DNA from: Deferrisomatales bacterium
GTDB lineage: Bacteria > Desulfobacterota > Deferrisomatia > Deferrisomatales > JACRMM01
Assembly (NCBI GenBank): GCA_033551855.1
Contig: JAWSUI010000010.1
Span: 24,273-88,272, forward strand
Length of the DNA: 64,000 bases
Direction of reading: 5' to 3'
Positions 47,991 to 56,480 of this stretch are shown one piece after another. The notes beneath the pieces were generated by a model. The model had not been told where the DNA came from and made no database searches. It saw only the letters and a program-made list of their open reading frames with translations. A program made the translations under genes and the position numbers. The first letter of the stretch is position 1. The number at the start of each line of letters is the position of its first letter.

Positions 47991-49319
47991 TCACTGCCCC
48001 TGGGCGATGTCGCGCAACCTGCGGGTCAGGGCCGGGATCACCTCGAAGAGGTCTCCCACGATGCCGTAATGGGCGACCTCGAAGATGGGGGCGTCCCGGT
48101 CCCGGTTGACCGCGATCACCAGGTCCGCGTCCTGCATCCCCACCAGATGCTGGATGGCCCCGGAGATGCCGCAGGCGACGTAGATCTTCGGGCGCACGGT
48201 CTTGCCCGTCTGTCCTACCTGGCGCTCGTAGGGGATCCACCCGGCGTCCACCGCGCTGCGCGACCCGCTCACGGTCCCCCCGAGGACCGCGGCGAGCTCC
48301 TCCAGGAGACGGAAGTTCTCCCCGCCCTGCAGGCCCCTGCCCCCGGACACCAGGACCTCGGCCCCTGCGATGTCCACGTGGCCGGCCCCGTGCTCGTCCC
48401 GCAGGACCTCGAGAACCTTCGCCGCCACCTCCTTTTCCGCCAGACCCAGAGCCGCCCGGAGGACCTCCCCCGCCCTTCCCTCTTGCCGCTCCGGCCGCCG
48501 CATGACGTGGGGCCGCACCGAGGCCATCTGGGGGCGGTGGACCACGTTGAGGATGGTGGCCATGATGTTTCCGCCGAAGGCGGGTCGGGTCTGCTCCAGG
48601 AGCCTCTGTTCTGCGTCCACCGTGAGCTCGGTGCAGTCCGCCGTGAGGCCGGTCTCCAGGGCGGTGGCCACCGCCCCGGCCAGGTCACGGCCCAGACCCG
48701 TGGCGCCCATGAGGACCACCTCTGGCCGGTGCCGGCGGATGAGCTCCAGGACCCCCTTGAGATACGGTTGGGTGCGGTAGTGGCGAAGCACCGGGTCGTC
48801 CACCAGGTAGACTCTCTGGGCACCGTAGGCGAAGGCCTCCGCAGCTAGGTGCTCCACCCCCTCGCCGAGGACGAAGGCGCCGAGCTCGACGCCGAGCTCC
48901 CGGGCCAGCCCCGCGCCGGCCCCCAGCAGCTCCCAGCTGACCGCAGCGGCCGCGCCGTCCTGCTGCTCCACGAACACCCAGACACCCCGATAGCTCGGGT
49001 CGGCCTGGGGGGCGGGGGGCTCCTCTTCCCCACGGCCGGAGGGCTCTCGCCACTCCCCTCGGCGCTTGAGCTCCTCGATCTGCTGGAGCTCCTCGTCGGT
49101 GTAGAACATCTCCAGGGCTTCGACCGGGCACACCTTCACGCAGCGGCGGCAGCCGATGCATGCGTCGAGATCGATGACCGGCTCCCCGGCGTCATCGTAG
49201 GTGATCGCATCCACCGGGCACTCGGGGGCACATCGGCCGCACGCGATGCACTTGCCCGCAAGCAGTCGGGACTTGCCCCGGGGCTTCCTGGGCGCGCCCT
49301 TGTCCTTGTGCTCGGCCAT
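47991..49319 (-). CDS. etfA: Electron transfer flavoprotein alpha subunit with an N-terminal 2x[4Fe-4S] domain
   Basis: CIACGRC and CIGCRRC clusters; GLTADCT, TRPAFGGN, QVGQTGK and GISGAIQH motifs. Confidence 0.93.
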   Translation of the reverse strand: MAEHKDKGAPRKPRGKSRLLAGKCIACGRCAPECPVDAITYDDAGEPVIDLDACIGCRRCVKVCPVEALEMFYTDEELQQIEELKRRGEWREPSGRGEEEPPAPQADPSYRGVWVFVEQQDGAAAAVSWELLGAGAGLARELGVELGAFVLGEGVEHLAAEAFAYGAQRVYLVDDPVLRHYRTQPYLKGVLELIRRHRPEVVLMGATGLGRDLAGAVATALETGLTADCTELTVDAEQRLLEQTRPAFGGNIMATILNVVHRPQMASVRPHVMRRPERQEGRAGEVLRAALGLAEKEVAAKVLEVLRDEHGAGHVDIAGAEVLVSGGRGLQGGENFRLLEELAAVLGGTVSGSRSAVDAGWIPYERQVGQTGKTVRPKIYVACGISGAIQHLVGMQDADLVIAVNRDRDAPIFEVAHYGIVGDLFEVIPALTRRLRDIAQGQ

Positions 49320-49371
49320 CACTTCAGGTCTCCCGTCCCGGGGTGCCGCCACCCCCGACCCGTGGTTTTCT

Positions 49372-49580
49372 GGTTCTTCCGGCAAACGACCGGGTGGGCC
49401 CGCCCACTCCGGCAGACGAGGCCGGACTGCACGGCAGGTGTTCTCCCCCGCCGCGTCCGGAATCCTCGCGACACCGCGACTCCCGAAGCGGCTGCTCCCG
49501 TCGAGCGGCTGTCCGCCTGCGTGGTCGGGCCCACCCAATCGTCCCTGGACACGAGTACCCGGTCATTTCCCGGATGATCC
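49372..49580 (+). mobile_element. 209-bp MITE copy 4 (between etfB and etfA)
   Basis: Near-identical to copy 1. TSD GGTTTTCT at 49364-49371 and 49581-49588. Confidence 0.92.
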
Positions 49581-49612
49581 GGTTTTCTTCGCCGGGGCGA
49601 CCCCGGCAACCG

Positions 49613-50455
49613 CTACACGGAGATCACGTCCCGCTCGATCAACTTCCGGATGAGCTCCTGGACCGCGCCCTCCGGGTCGGCCTCCCCGTCGCCGACGATC
49701 TCACCCAGGCGACGCTCCGGGGCGAAGATCCGCTTGACGCTGGTGGGGGAGCCCTTGAGCCCGATCCGGTCCGGCGGCAGGCCGAGGACCGCGTTGTCCC
49801 ACACGGGGATCTCCAGCTCCTCGGCCGCGAGCCGCCTGGGGACGGTGGGGTAGCGGGGCTGGTTGATCTCCCGCACCACGGTCACCACGGCAGGAAGCGG
49901 CGCGCGAACCACTTCCCGGCGGCCCTCGAGCTTCCGCCGCACGGTCAAGGCCCCGGCCTCCGGGGAGATCTCCAGGAGCCGGTCCACCAGGGTCAGCTGG
50001 CTCCAGCCCAGGCGGGTGGCGATCCCGGGCCCCACTTGGGCGGTGTCGCCGTCGATGGTCTGCTTGCCGCACAGCACCAGGTCCACTCTCCCCCATTCCT
50101 GCGCCGCCCGCCGGACCGCGGCGGCCAGCACGAGGCTCGTGGCGAGGGTGTCGGCGCCCCCGAAGGCCCGATCCGAGATCAGGACCGCCCGGTCGACGCC
50201 CAGCGCGAGGCACCGCCGAAGGGCCAGAGTCGAGTTCGGGGGGCCCATGGTGAGCGCCACCACTTCGCACGAGAACCGGTCCCGGAGGCGGAGGGCTTCC
50301 TCCACGGCGTGGGCGTCGAAGGGGTTGAGGATGAACGGGACCCCCTCCCGGATCAAGGTTCCGGTCTCCGGGTTCACCTTGACTTGGGTGGTGTCGGGCA
50401 CCTGCTTCACCGCCACCACCACCCTCTGCAGCCGACGACTACCGCCTTGGGGCAT
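49613..50455 (-). CDS. etfB: Electron transfer flavoprotein beta subunit
   Basis: KQVPDT, NPFD..AVEEAL, GGADTLATS and GKQTIDGDTAQVGP motifs. Start approximate. Confidence 0.93.
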   Translation of the reverse strand: MPQGGSRRLQRVVVAVKQVPDTTQVKVNPETGTLIREGVPFILNPFDAHAVEEALRLRDRFSCEVVALTMGPPNSTLALRRCLALGVDRAVLISDRAFGGADTLATSLVLAAAVRRAAQEWGRVDLVLCGKQTIDGDTAQVGPGIATRLGWSQLTLVDRLLEISPEAGALTVRRKLEGRREVVRAPLPAVVTVVREINQPRYPTVPRRLAAEELEIPVWDNAVLGLPPDRIGLKGSPTSVKRIFAPERRLGEIVGDGEADPEGAVQELIRKLIERDVISV

Positions 50456-50624
50456 GGGTTGCGTGCTCCTGTGAGAGGTCATCGGGGCCGTCCCGGGGCG
50501 AGGGGGCGAAGGGAGTGTAACACACGGCCCGTCCCCCACCAGCCGGGAGGACGGGCCGAAAGCGGTCACCGAAGGAAGGCCGAAGAGCCCCCGGCGGCCT
50601 CGCGGGCGAGCCGGAGGGGGCGGG

Positions 50625-51443
50625 TCAACCGTAGCTGTGGAGCCCCGAGAGGATAAAGTTGACACCCCAGTATGTGAACATCGTGGCCCCGAACCCCACG
50701 ATGGAAAGCCACGCGAGGCGGTTCCCCTTCCACCCGGCGGTGAACCGGGCGTGGAGGAAGGCGGCGTAAATGAACCAGACGATCAGCGACCACGTCTCCT
50801 TCGGGTCCCAGCTCCAGTAGGTGCCCCAGGCGTAGTTCGCCCAGATCGCGCCGGTCAAGATGCCCAGGGTCATGAATGGGAAGCCGAGAGCGATGGCACG
50901 GTACGAGACGTCATCGAGCACCTTGCGGGAAGGAACCGGCCCTTCGGTGCCGTCCCCCCGGAAGAGATAGACGATGCTCACGGCGAAGGAAAGGGCGAAC
51001 CCCGCGTAACCGATGAAGCACGTGACCACGTGGGCGGTGAGCCAGTTCGACTGCAACGCCGGCACCAAGGGGGCGAGGTCCGGGGAGATCCGGGGGTTGA
51101 GGGAGACGATGGCGATGGCCAGCGCCCCCAGGGGTGCGACGAAGGCGCCCAGTGTCCGGGTGCGGTACTTCCACTCGAAAAGCAGGTACACGGCCACGAT
51201 GCACCAGGCAAAGAAGACCTTCGACTCATACATGTTGGAGAGGGGCATGTACGCATGCCCCAGCTGGTGGCTCTCCAGATACCGAACCACGAAGGCCCCG
51301 GAGTTCACCAGGAAGCCCGCCAGGCAGGCCGCGGTGGCCGCGAGCCCGATCGTGCGGTTTTGCCGGGTGGCCAGGTGCAGGGCGTAGAGCACGCTGGCCA
51401 CCAGGTAGAGCACCATGGCCACGTTGAAGAGGGTCACGTTCAT
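50625..51443 (-). CDS. Cytochrome c biogenesis heme-attachment protein, system II (CcsA/CcsB, ResC-like)
   Basis: PLSNMYES, LVPALQSNWL..H and GAIWANYAWGTYWSWDPKETW motifs. Confidence 0.93.
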   Translation of the reverse strand: MNVTLFNVAMVLYLVASVLYALHLATRQNRTIGLAATAACLAGFLVNSGAFVVRYLESHQLGHAYMPLSNMYESKVFFAWCIVAVYLLFEWKYRTRTLGAFVAPLGALAIAIVSLNPRISPDLAPLVPALQSNWLTAHVVTCFIGYAGFALSFAVSIVYLFRGDGTEGPVPSRKVLDDVSYRAIALGFPFMTLGILTGAIWANYAWGTYWSWDPKETWSLIVWFIYAAFLHARFTAGWKGNRLAWLSIVGFGATMFTYWGVNFILSGLHSYG

Positions 51444-51656
51444 CGTTGGCTGTCCTTTCCAAGGTCATCCCGCCGGCTCGACCCGCCGCCGTCTTCTCCG
51501 GGGGAGAACCGCGGGGCCGATGCGGGCCGGGGGGGGAAGCACCGTGCCGCCGGGGCCTCCCGCACCCGAGCTCGCGGCATCAGTGTAGAGATGCCACAGG
51601 TTCCTCGTCAAATGAGAACGGTCTCACGAAACCGGCCCGACACCTCCCCGTGGCCG

Positions 51657-51950
51657 TCAGCAGCAGCCCCCCGCGTCGCACCCGCAGGTGGGCGGCCCTC
51701 CGGTGATCCAGCCCTTGATGATCGCACTGGCGCAACCGACCCCGGCCGAGACCGTAAGCGCCCCCGCGGGACAGTTCCGGGCGCACGCGCCGCACTCCAT
51801 GCAGGCGTCCCGGTCCAGGAGCCTGGCCTTGCCCTCCCCCACCGCGAACACGCCGTGGGGACACACGGCCCGGCAAAGCCCGCAGCCGACGCAGGGGCTC
51901 GGATCGAGGCGGAGCGTCGTGACGCCGTCGAGGTAGCGAAACCCGTCCAT
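51657..51950 (-). CDS. hgcB: Mercury methylation ferredoxin HgcB
   Basis: CVGCGLC..VCPH and CMECGAC..NCP clusters, GVGCA and C-terminal GGCC. GGAGG RBS. Adjacent to hgcA. Confidence 0.93.
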   Translation of the reverse strand: MDGFRYLDGVTTLRLDPSPCVGCGLCRAVCPHGVFAVGEGKARLLDRDACMECGACARNCPAGALTVSAGVGCASAIIKGWITGGPPTCGCDAGGCC

Positions 51951-52070
51951 TTGTATCACCTCCTGTGCACCGAAGCCGCCGGCCCTCAGGGAGCCGTCCT
52001 GGGGACCGCTCCCACGGCCGCCGCTCCCCCGCGCGGCCGGGCTCCTCTCGGAAAGGGGCCGACTCCCCTC

Positions 52071-53309
52071 TCAGAATGCGGACGCGAACCAGAATACCAC
52101 CGCCAGTGCGGCGGCACCCACCTGCCACGGGAGCGCCCGGCGCATCTCGCGCTCGACCCCGGACGGCGAGGTGAAGGGGGTCGCGCCGGTGAAGCTCATG
52201 GCGAGGTAGGACGACCCGGCGGACACCCCTAGCAGAAGCGCGAGGAATCCATACCCGCCCGGGAATCCAAACGCGGCGACACCGAGAAGCGCCACCGCGG
52301 CCCCGACCAGGGCGCCCTTCGCCGAGAAGGCGCGCCACGGGAGCAGGGGGAGCAACACGGGCGTGGCGACCGCGCCGGCGACCACCGTGCCGGCGAGGGC
52401 GGCGACGCCGGCCACTCCACGGATCCAGGCGCCGGACAGGGAGTAGAAACCCGGCCCGAACCCGGCGGAGACGGCTATGGCCGCAGCCACCCAGGCGGCA
52501 TGCCGGAGCGTTCCCGCCAGCTCCACGGGAGTAAGGACGAAGCGCTCGAGAGCCGTGAAGGTGACCGTCCGCATCGCCGGGGTCGCCGCCATGCCCGCGC
52601 CCAGGAACGCACCAATGTCCGCGGACCGGACCGGGCCGAAGACCACCGAGAAGCCGCACTCCCTTCGGACCTCGTGGGCCGCTACCCCGGGGGCGCCGAG
52701 CTGGGGCAGGAGCAGCCGTCGGTGGCTGACCACACGGCTCAGGCCCGTCGCCCGCACTCGCCGGACCACCTCGGCGGTCCCGAAGGTGCCCTTTCCCGCG
52801 GCGCACCACACGTTGATACCGTAGGTCTCGAGCACCAGGATCCACGCGTCGAGTCCTGCCAGATCGCGCCGCAGCAGGTCGAAGGTCATCTTGTAGTTGG
52901 CCGTGACCAGCACCGGGGAGCCCCCCCCGGGGCGGCCCACGGCGTAGAGCCCGGGAGCCAGTCGGTAGCGGTCCCTCCCGATCCCCCATCGCATCTGCCA
53001 GCGTCCGAGCACGTCGGTGGCATCGAGGCGGCTCCTGACGCGGGGCACCGGCCCGACGGGCGTGTCGATCCAGCCCTCCACAAAGGGCCAACGCCGATAC
53101 CCCGGGAGTTCCCCCCCGGCCTCGGGCCGGGGCCCGGATGAGGACGGCCCGGGGCAGCAGCTCGCCGGGGACTCCGGCGAAGGGGGCGGCGCAGGGACCG
53201 CGCAGCAGGGGGCCTGCGCCGGGGCGTCCCCGGCAGCGGGCCGCGTCGAGGGGGGCGAGTCCTGGGAGGTCGCGAGGGCACAACAGACCATGGCTTCGTC
53301 CCGGCTCAT
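52071..53309 (-). CDS. hgcA: Mercury methylation corrinoid protein HgcA
   Basis: PGLYAVG, VTANYKMTFD, cap helix GINVWCAAGKGTFG, LPQLGA and C-terminal TMs with FTGATPFTS.SGV..EM. Confidence 0.96.
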   Translation of the reverse strand: MSRDEAMVCCALATSQDSPPSTRPAAGDAPAQAPCCAVPAPPPSPESPASCCPGPSSSGPRPEAGGELPGYRRWPFVEGWIDTPVGPVPRVRSRLDATDVLGRWQMRWGIGRDRYRLAPGLYAVGRPGGGSPVLVTANYKMTFDLLRRDLAGLDAWILVLETYGINVWCAAGKGTFGTAEVVRRVRATGLSRVVSHRRLLLPQLGAPGVAAHEVRRECGFSVVFGPVRSADIGAFLGAGMAATPAMRTVTFTALERFVLTPVELAGTLRHAAWVAAAIAVSAGFGPGFYSLSGAWIRGVAGVAALAGTVVAGAVATPVLLPLLPWRAFSAKGALVGAAVALLGVAAFGFPGGYGFLALLLGVSAGSSYLAMSFTGATPFTSPSGVEREMRRALPWQVGAAALAVVFWFASAF

Positions 53310-53353
53310 GGGTTCCTCCAGCACTCGCGGCCCACCGGGTCGCCGGGGGGGGT

Positions 53354-54427
53354 TCAGGTGGCTCCCGAGCAGGCGCACGCACCCCGCTCCCGGCTCAGCA
53401 GACGGGCCAGGCGCGGCCCCACGGCAAGGGCGATGAGGGCGACGGCGCTCCCCGTCCCCACCCCGGCGGGAAAGACCTCGGTGCTCGCCCCCACCAGGGC
53501 CTGGGCGGAGAGCCCGAGGGCCCCGTACGCCCAGTCCAGCGCGGCTCCCGCGGCGAGCGCCCCGGCGCTCAGGGCCGCCAGGTACCGCAGCGTCGTCTTG
53601 ATCCCGAGGGTCCCCGCCACCACGGTGAGGGAGGCCAGGCTCGTGGCCGGCCCGGCCAACAGGTACACCAGCGCGGCCCCGGGGCTCAAGCCCTTGAGGA
53701 CCAGGGCCGCGGCAATGGGGGTGGCGGCGGTGGCGCAGGTGTACATGGGGATGCCGATCACGAGCATGGCCAGGAGCGGCAGTAGCCCGCCGCCCAGATG
53801 GGCCTCGATGAACTCCGGAGGCACCAGCACCGTGATGAGCCCAGCCCCGAGGAAGCCCAAGGCCAGCCAAGGGGCCAGGTCGCCGAGGAGGTCGCGGAAG
53901 GCGTACCGCAGGCCCTCCCGCGCCCTCGCGAGCCGTCCCGCGGCCTCGGATCCATGCGCTTCGCGGCAGCCGCAGGCCGAGGGTGGCGGCTCCGGGCTCG
54001 GTTCCTCCCGGCCGAAGACGTTCTCGGCCGTCCCGGCCGCCACGGCGGTGGCGAAGGCCGCGACCGGCCGGGCCACGGTCATCACCGGGTCCATGAGGGC
54101 GTAGGTGAGGGAGATGGAGTCGACGCCGGTCTCGGGCGTCGAGACCAGGAAGGAGACCGTGGCGCCCTTCGTGGCGCCCTTCTTCCGCAAGCTCAGAGCC
54201 GCGGGGAGCACTCCGCAGGAGCACAGGGGCAGAGGAATGCCGAACAGGGCGGCCTTGACCACCGAGCGGACCTTGCCCCGCCCGAGATGGCGCGCCACCC
54301 CTTCGGCGGAGACGAAGGCGTGGATCACCCCTGCGGCGAACAGGCCGAAGAGGAGGTACGGAGCAGCGTCGGAGAGGATGTGCCAGGTCCCGGCGAGCAC
54401 CGCGCTCGCGAACTCAGGCCAGGGCAA
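53354..54427 (-). CDS. DUF318/ArsP-superfamily permease (SO_0444-like heavy-metal efflux type)
   Basis: GIPLPLCSCGVLP, FLVSTPETGVDS, PMYTCATAATP and LLAGPAT motifs; Cys-containing loop and tail. Confidence 0.85.
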   Translation of the reverse strand: MPWPEFASAVLAGTWHILSDAAPYLLFGLFAAGVIHAFVSAEGVARHLGRGKVRSVVKAALFGIPLPLCSCGVLPAALSLRKKGATKGATVSFLVSTPETGVDSISLTYALMDPVMTVARPVAAFATAVAAGTAENVFGREEPSPEPPPSACGCREAHGSEAAGRLARAREGLRYAFRDLLGDLAPWLALGFLGAGLITVLVPPEFIEAHLGGGLLPLLAMLVIGIPMYTCATAATPIAAALVLKGLSPGAALVYLLAGPATSLASLTVVAGTLGIKTTLRYLAALSAGALAAGAALDWAYGALGLSAQALVGASTEVFPAGVGTGSAVALIALAVGPRLARLLSRERGACACSGAT

Positions 54428-54773
54428 GCCGGTCCTCCATCACGTGGCGCAGCCCCTCGGCAAACAGGGTGCGCACGTGGTCGTCGTCCAGGCTGTAGAA
54501 GGCCAGCTTCCCCTCCCGGCGCGCCTTGACCAGGCGGTGGGCGCGGAGCACCCGGAGCTGGTGGGACACGGCGCTGGGCGTCACCTCGAAGAGGTCCGCC
54601 AGGTCGCACACACACAACTCCCGGGCGGCGAGGGCCAGGAGCACGCGCACCCGGGTGGGGTCGCCCAGTACCCGGAAGGTCTCCGCCAGCGCTTCGGCCG
54701 GCGCCCCCGCCAAGGCCTTCCGGGCCTCGTCCACCGCCTCCGGGTGCACCAACCGTTCGTGACACAGGTCCAT
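54414..54773 (-). CDS. ArsR/SmtB family metalloregulator
   Basis: FRVLGDPTR, ELCVCDLA, SAVSHQLRVLR and YSLDDDHV motifs. Confidence 0.95.
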   Translation of the reverse strand: MDLCHERLVHPEAVDEARKALAGAPAEALAETFRVLGDPTRVRVLLALAARELCVCDLADLFEVTPSAVSHQLRVLRAHRLVKARREGKLAFYSLDDDHVRTLFAEGLRHVMEDRLALA

Positions 54774-54789
54774 CTGGCACCATCAACGA

Positions 54790-54805
54790 ATGAGCATGTG
54801 TTCAC
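54790..54805. promoter_or_regulatory. SmtB/ArsR-type operator core
   Basis: TGAGCA-TG-TGTTCA (54791-54804), one mismatch from TGAACA-N2-TGTTCA, 17 nt upstream of the ArsR start. Confidence 0.65.
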
Positions 54806-54876
54806 ACATAAGAACACACCGCCGGGCTCCGGTCAATGGGTTGACGGCTCCCTGGTGGAAATAGGCACGCGTTTCC

Positions 54877-54906
54877 TTGCCGACCTTCCACAAACCCGGT
54901 TATATA
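54877..54906 (+). promoter_or_regulatory. Candidate sigma-70 promoter of the TAXI-TRAP operon
   Basis: TTGCCG-N18-TATATA in an AT-rich patch of an otherwise GC-rich sequence. Confidence 0.4.
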
Positions 54907-54976
54907 TAGCCGCCCGAAGGGTGGACCCAACGATCTCGGCTCGAAAACCTGTAGCGTGCAAGAGGAGGGACAGACG

Positions 54977-55939
54977 ATGAGGCGATGCTGGCTCCTGGCA
55001 GTAACGGCATTGGTGCTGAGCTCCGCTCCCGCGTGGGCAACAGAGAAGATCTCGGTAGCCACCGGAGGCACCGGCGGCGTGTACTACCCTTACGGCGGCG
55101 GCATGGCCGAGATCGTGAACAAGCACGTCGCGGGGGTCGAGGCGGTGGCGGAGGTCACGGCCGCGAGCGTCGAGAACGTGCGCCTGGTCGACCGCGGGGA
55201 GTCTGCCATCGGGCTCGTCATGGGTGACACCGCGTTTCAGGCCTTTGCGGGCACCGAGCGGTTCACGGGCGACACGAAGAACATCCGCACGCTGTTCGTC
55301 ATGTACCCGAATCAGCTCCACATTGTGGTGCGGAAAGGAAGCGGCATCGCGAAGGTCTCGGATCTGAAGGGCAAGCGGATCTCCATGGGCGCCCCGGGCA
55401 GCGGCACGGCGGTACAGGCCGAGGCGGTCCTGAGCGCGCTCGGCCTTGGCAAGAGAGACTATCGCCCCTCCTTCCTGTCCTTCAACGAGACAGCCGACGC
55501 CCTCAAGAACCGGACCATCGACGCGGGCATCTGGTCCGTGGCCCCGCCCACCTCGTCGATCATGGACCTCGCCACGACCCATGACATCGAGGTCCTGTCG
55601 TTTTCGGACGAGGAGCTCGAGAAGATCCACAAGGCGTACCCCTACTACTCGAAGTACGAGATCCCGGGGGGTCTGTACCGGGGCGTCGATCGGCCCGTGC
55701 CGAACCCCTCGGTGTGGAACGTGGCCATCGTGAGCGCCGACATGCCCGAGGAGTTGGCCTACGAGCTCACGAAGGCGATCTTCGAGAACCACAGCGAGCT
55801 CGTGCGGGTCCACAGAGCCGCCGAGGACACCAGGCCCAAGGCGTCGGTGGTCAACTCCCCGATCCCCCTCCACCCGGGAGCGGCGCGGTACCTCACGGAG
55901 CAGGGGCTCACGATACCCGAGGAGCTCGTCGCCAAGTGA
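54977..55939 (+). CDS. TAXI family TRAP transporter solute-binding protein
   Basis: Signal peptide; ATGGTGGVYYPYG, SVEN, GAPGSG and PLHPGA.RY motifs. Confidence 0.93.
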   Translation: MRRCWLLAVTALVLSSAPAWATEKISVATGGTGGVYYPYGGGMAEIVNKHVAGVEAVAEVTAASVENVRLVDRGESAIGLVMGDTAFQAFAGTERFTGDTKNIRTLFVMYPNQLHIVVRKGSGIAKVSDLKGKRISMGAPGSGTAVQAEAVLSALGLGKRDYRPSFLSFNETADALKNRTIDAGIWSVAPPTSSIMDLATTHDIEVLSFSDEELEKIHKAYPYYSKYEIPGGLYRGVDRPVPNPSVWNVAIVSADMPEELAYELTKAIFENHSELVRVHRAAEDTRPKASVVNSPIPLHPGAARYLTEQGLTIPEELVAK

Positions 55940-55940
55940 A

Positions 55941-56480
55941 GTGAGGCCCGCCGCGGGCCGGCTGGGGGTCGCCGGGCTGGCCGCCCTGACCCTGGCTCTG
56001 TTCCTGGTCCACCGGCCCCTCCTCGAAATTCGGCTCGAGGAGGGGCCGGTCGTGTGGCGCGAAGCCCTCGCCCCCGGGGAACCCATCGTCCTGTCCTACC
56101 GCCACTCCGTCACGGGCCAGCCCGTGCGGGAGGAATACGTCCTCGACCGCGGCGGGAGGCTGCGGGTCCGCGAGCACGCCTACCGGCTCCAGGGCGCGGG
56201 GCTCGGGCAACGGGAGGGCGAAGGCCGCACGGTGGAGGCCCCCGGGGGGTGGACCCGGGTCCTCGGGCTCGACCGGGACGTGGGGCACTTCACCCTGCGG
56301 GTAGGCCAGGGACCCCAAGACCACCGGCTCCAGGTGCGGGGAAGACAGATGGAATTGAGCCGGACCCTGGCCGGCCGGAGGCTGTGGATCGGCGGGCGGC
56401 CGGCCCGTCTGTGGGAGTGGCTCCGGCACCGGCGTCCCGCCGCGCCGCCGACACCTGCCCCTTGGGAGGAGACACCTTGA
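55941..56480 (+). CDS. DUF1850-like protein
   Basis: LSYRHSV...V.EEY...GAGL; typical position between TAXI and the permease. Confidence 0.75.
   Translation: MRPAAGRLGVAGLAALTLALFLVHRPLLEIRLEEGPVVWREALAPGEPIVLSYRHSVTGQPVREEYVLDRGGRLRVREHAYRLQGAGLGQREGEGRTVEAPGGWTRVLGLDRDVGHFTLRVGQGPQDHRLQVRGRQMELSRTLAGRRLWIGGRPARLWEWLRHRRPAAPPTPAPWEETP

Noticed and set aside
51612..51627. TGAGA-ACGG-TCTCA palindrome upstream of the ccs gene as a Fur box
   Set aside because: Short, and the spacing differs from the 7-1-7 Fur consensus; insufficient support.
52071..54224. 717-aa HgcA fusion as given in the ORF track, and possible selenocysteine recoding
   Set aside because: The upstream part overlaps the permease in another frame, an RBS-supported ATG lies at 53309, and there is no in-frame TGA.
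54862..54881. Possible sigma-54 promoter AGGCACGCGTTTCCTTGC before the TAXI gene
   Set aside because: The GG-to-GC spacing does not fit the strict -24/-12 geometry.
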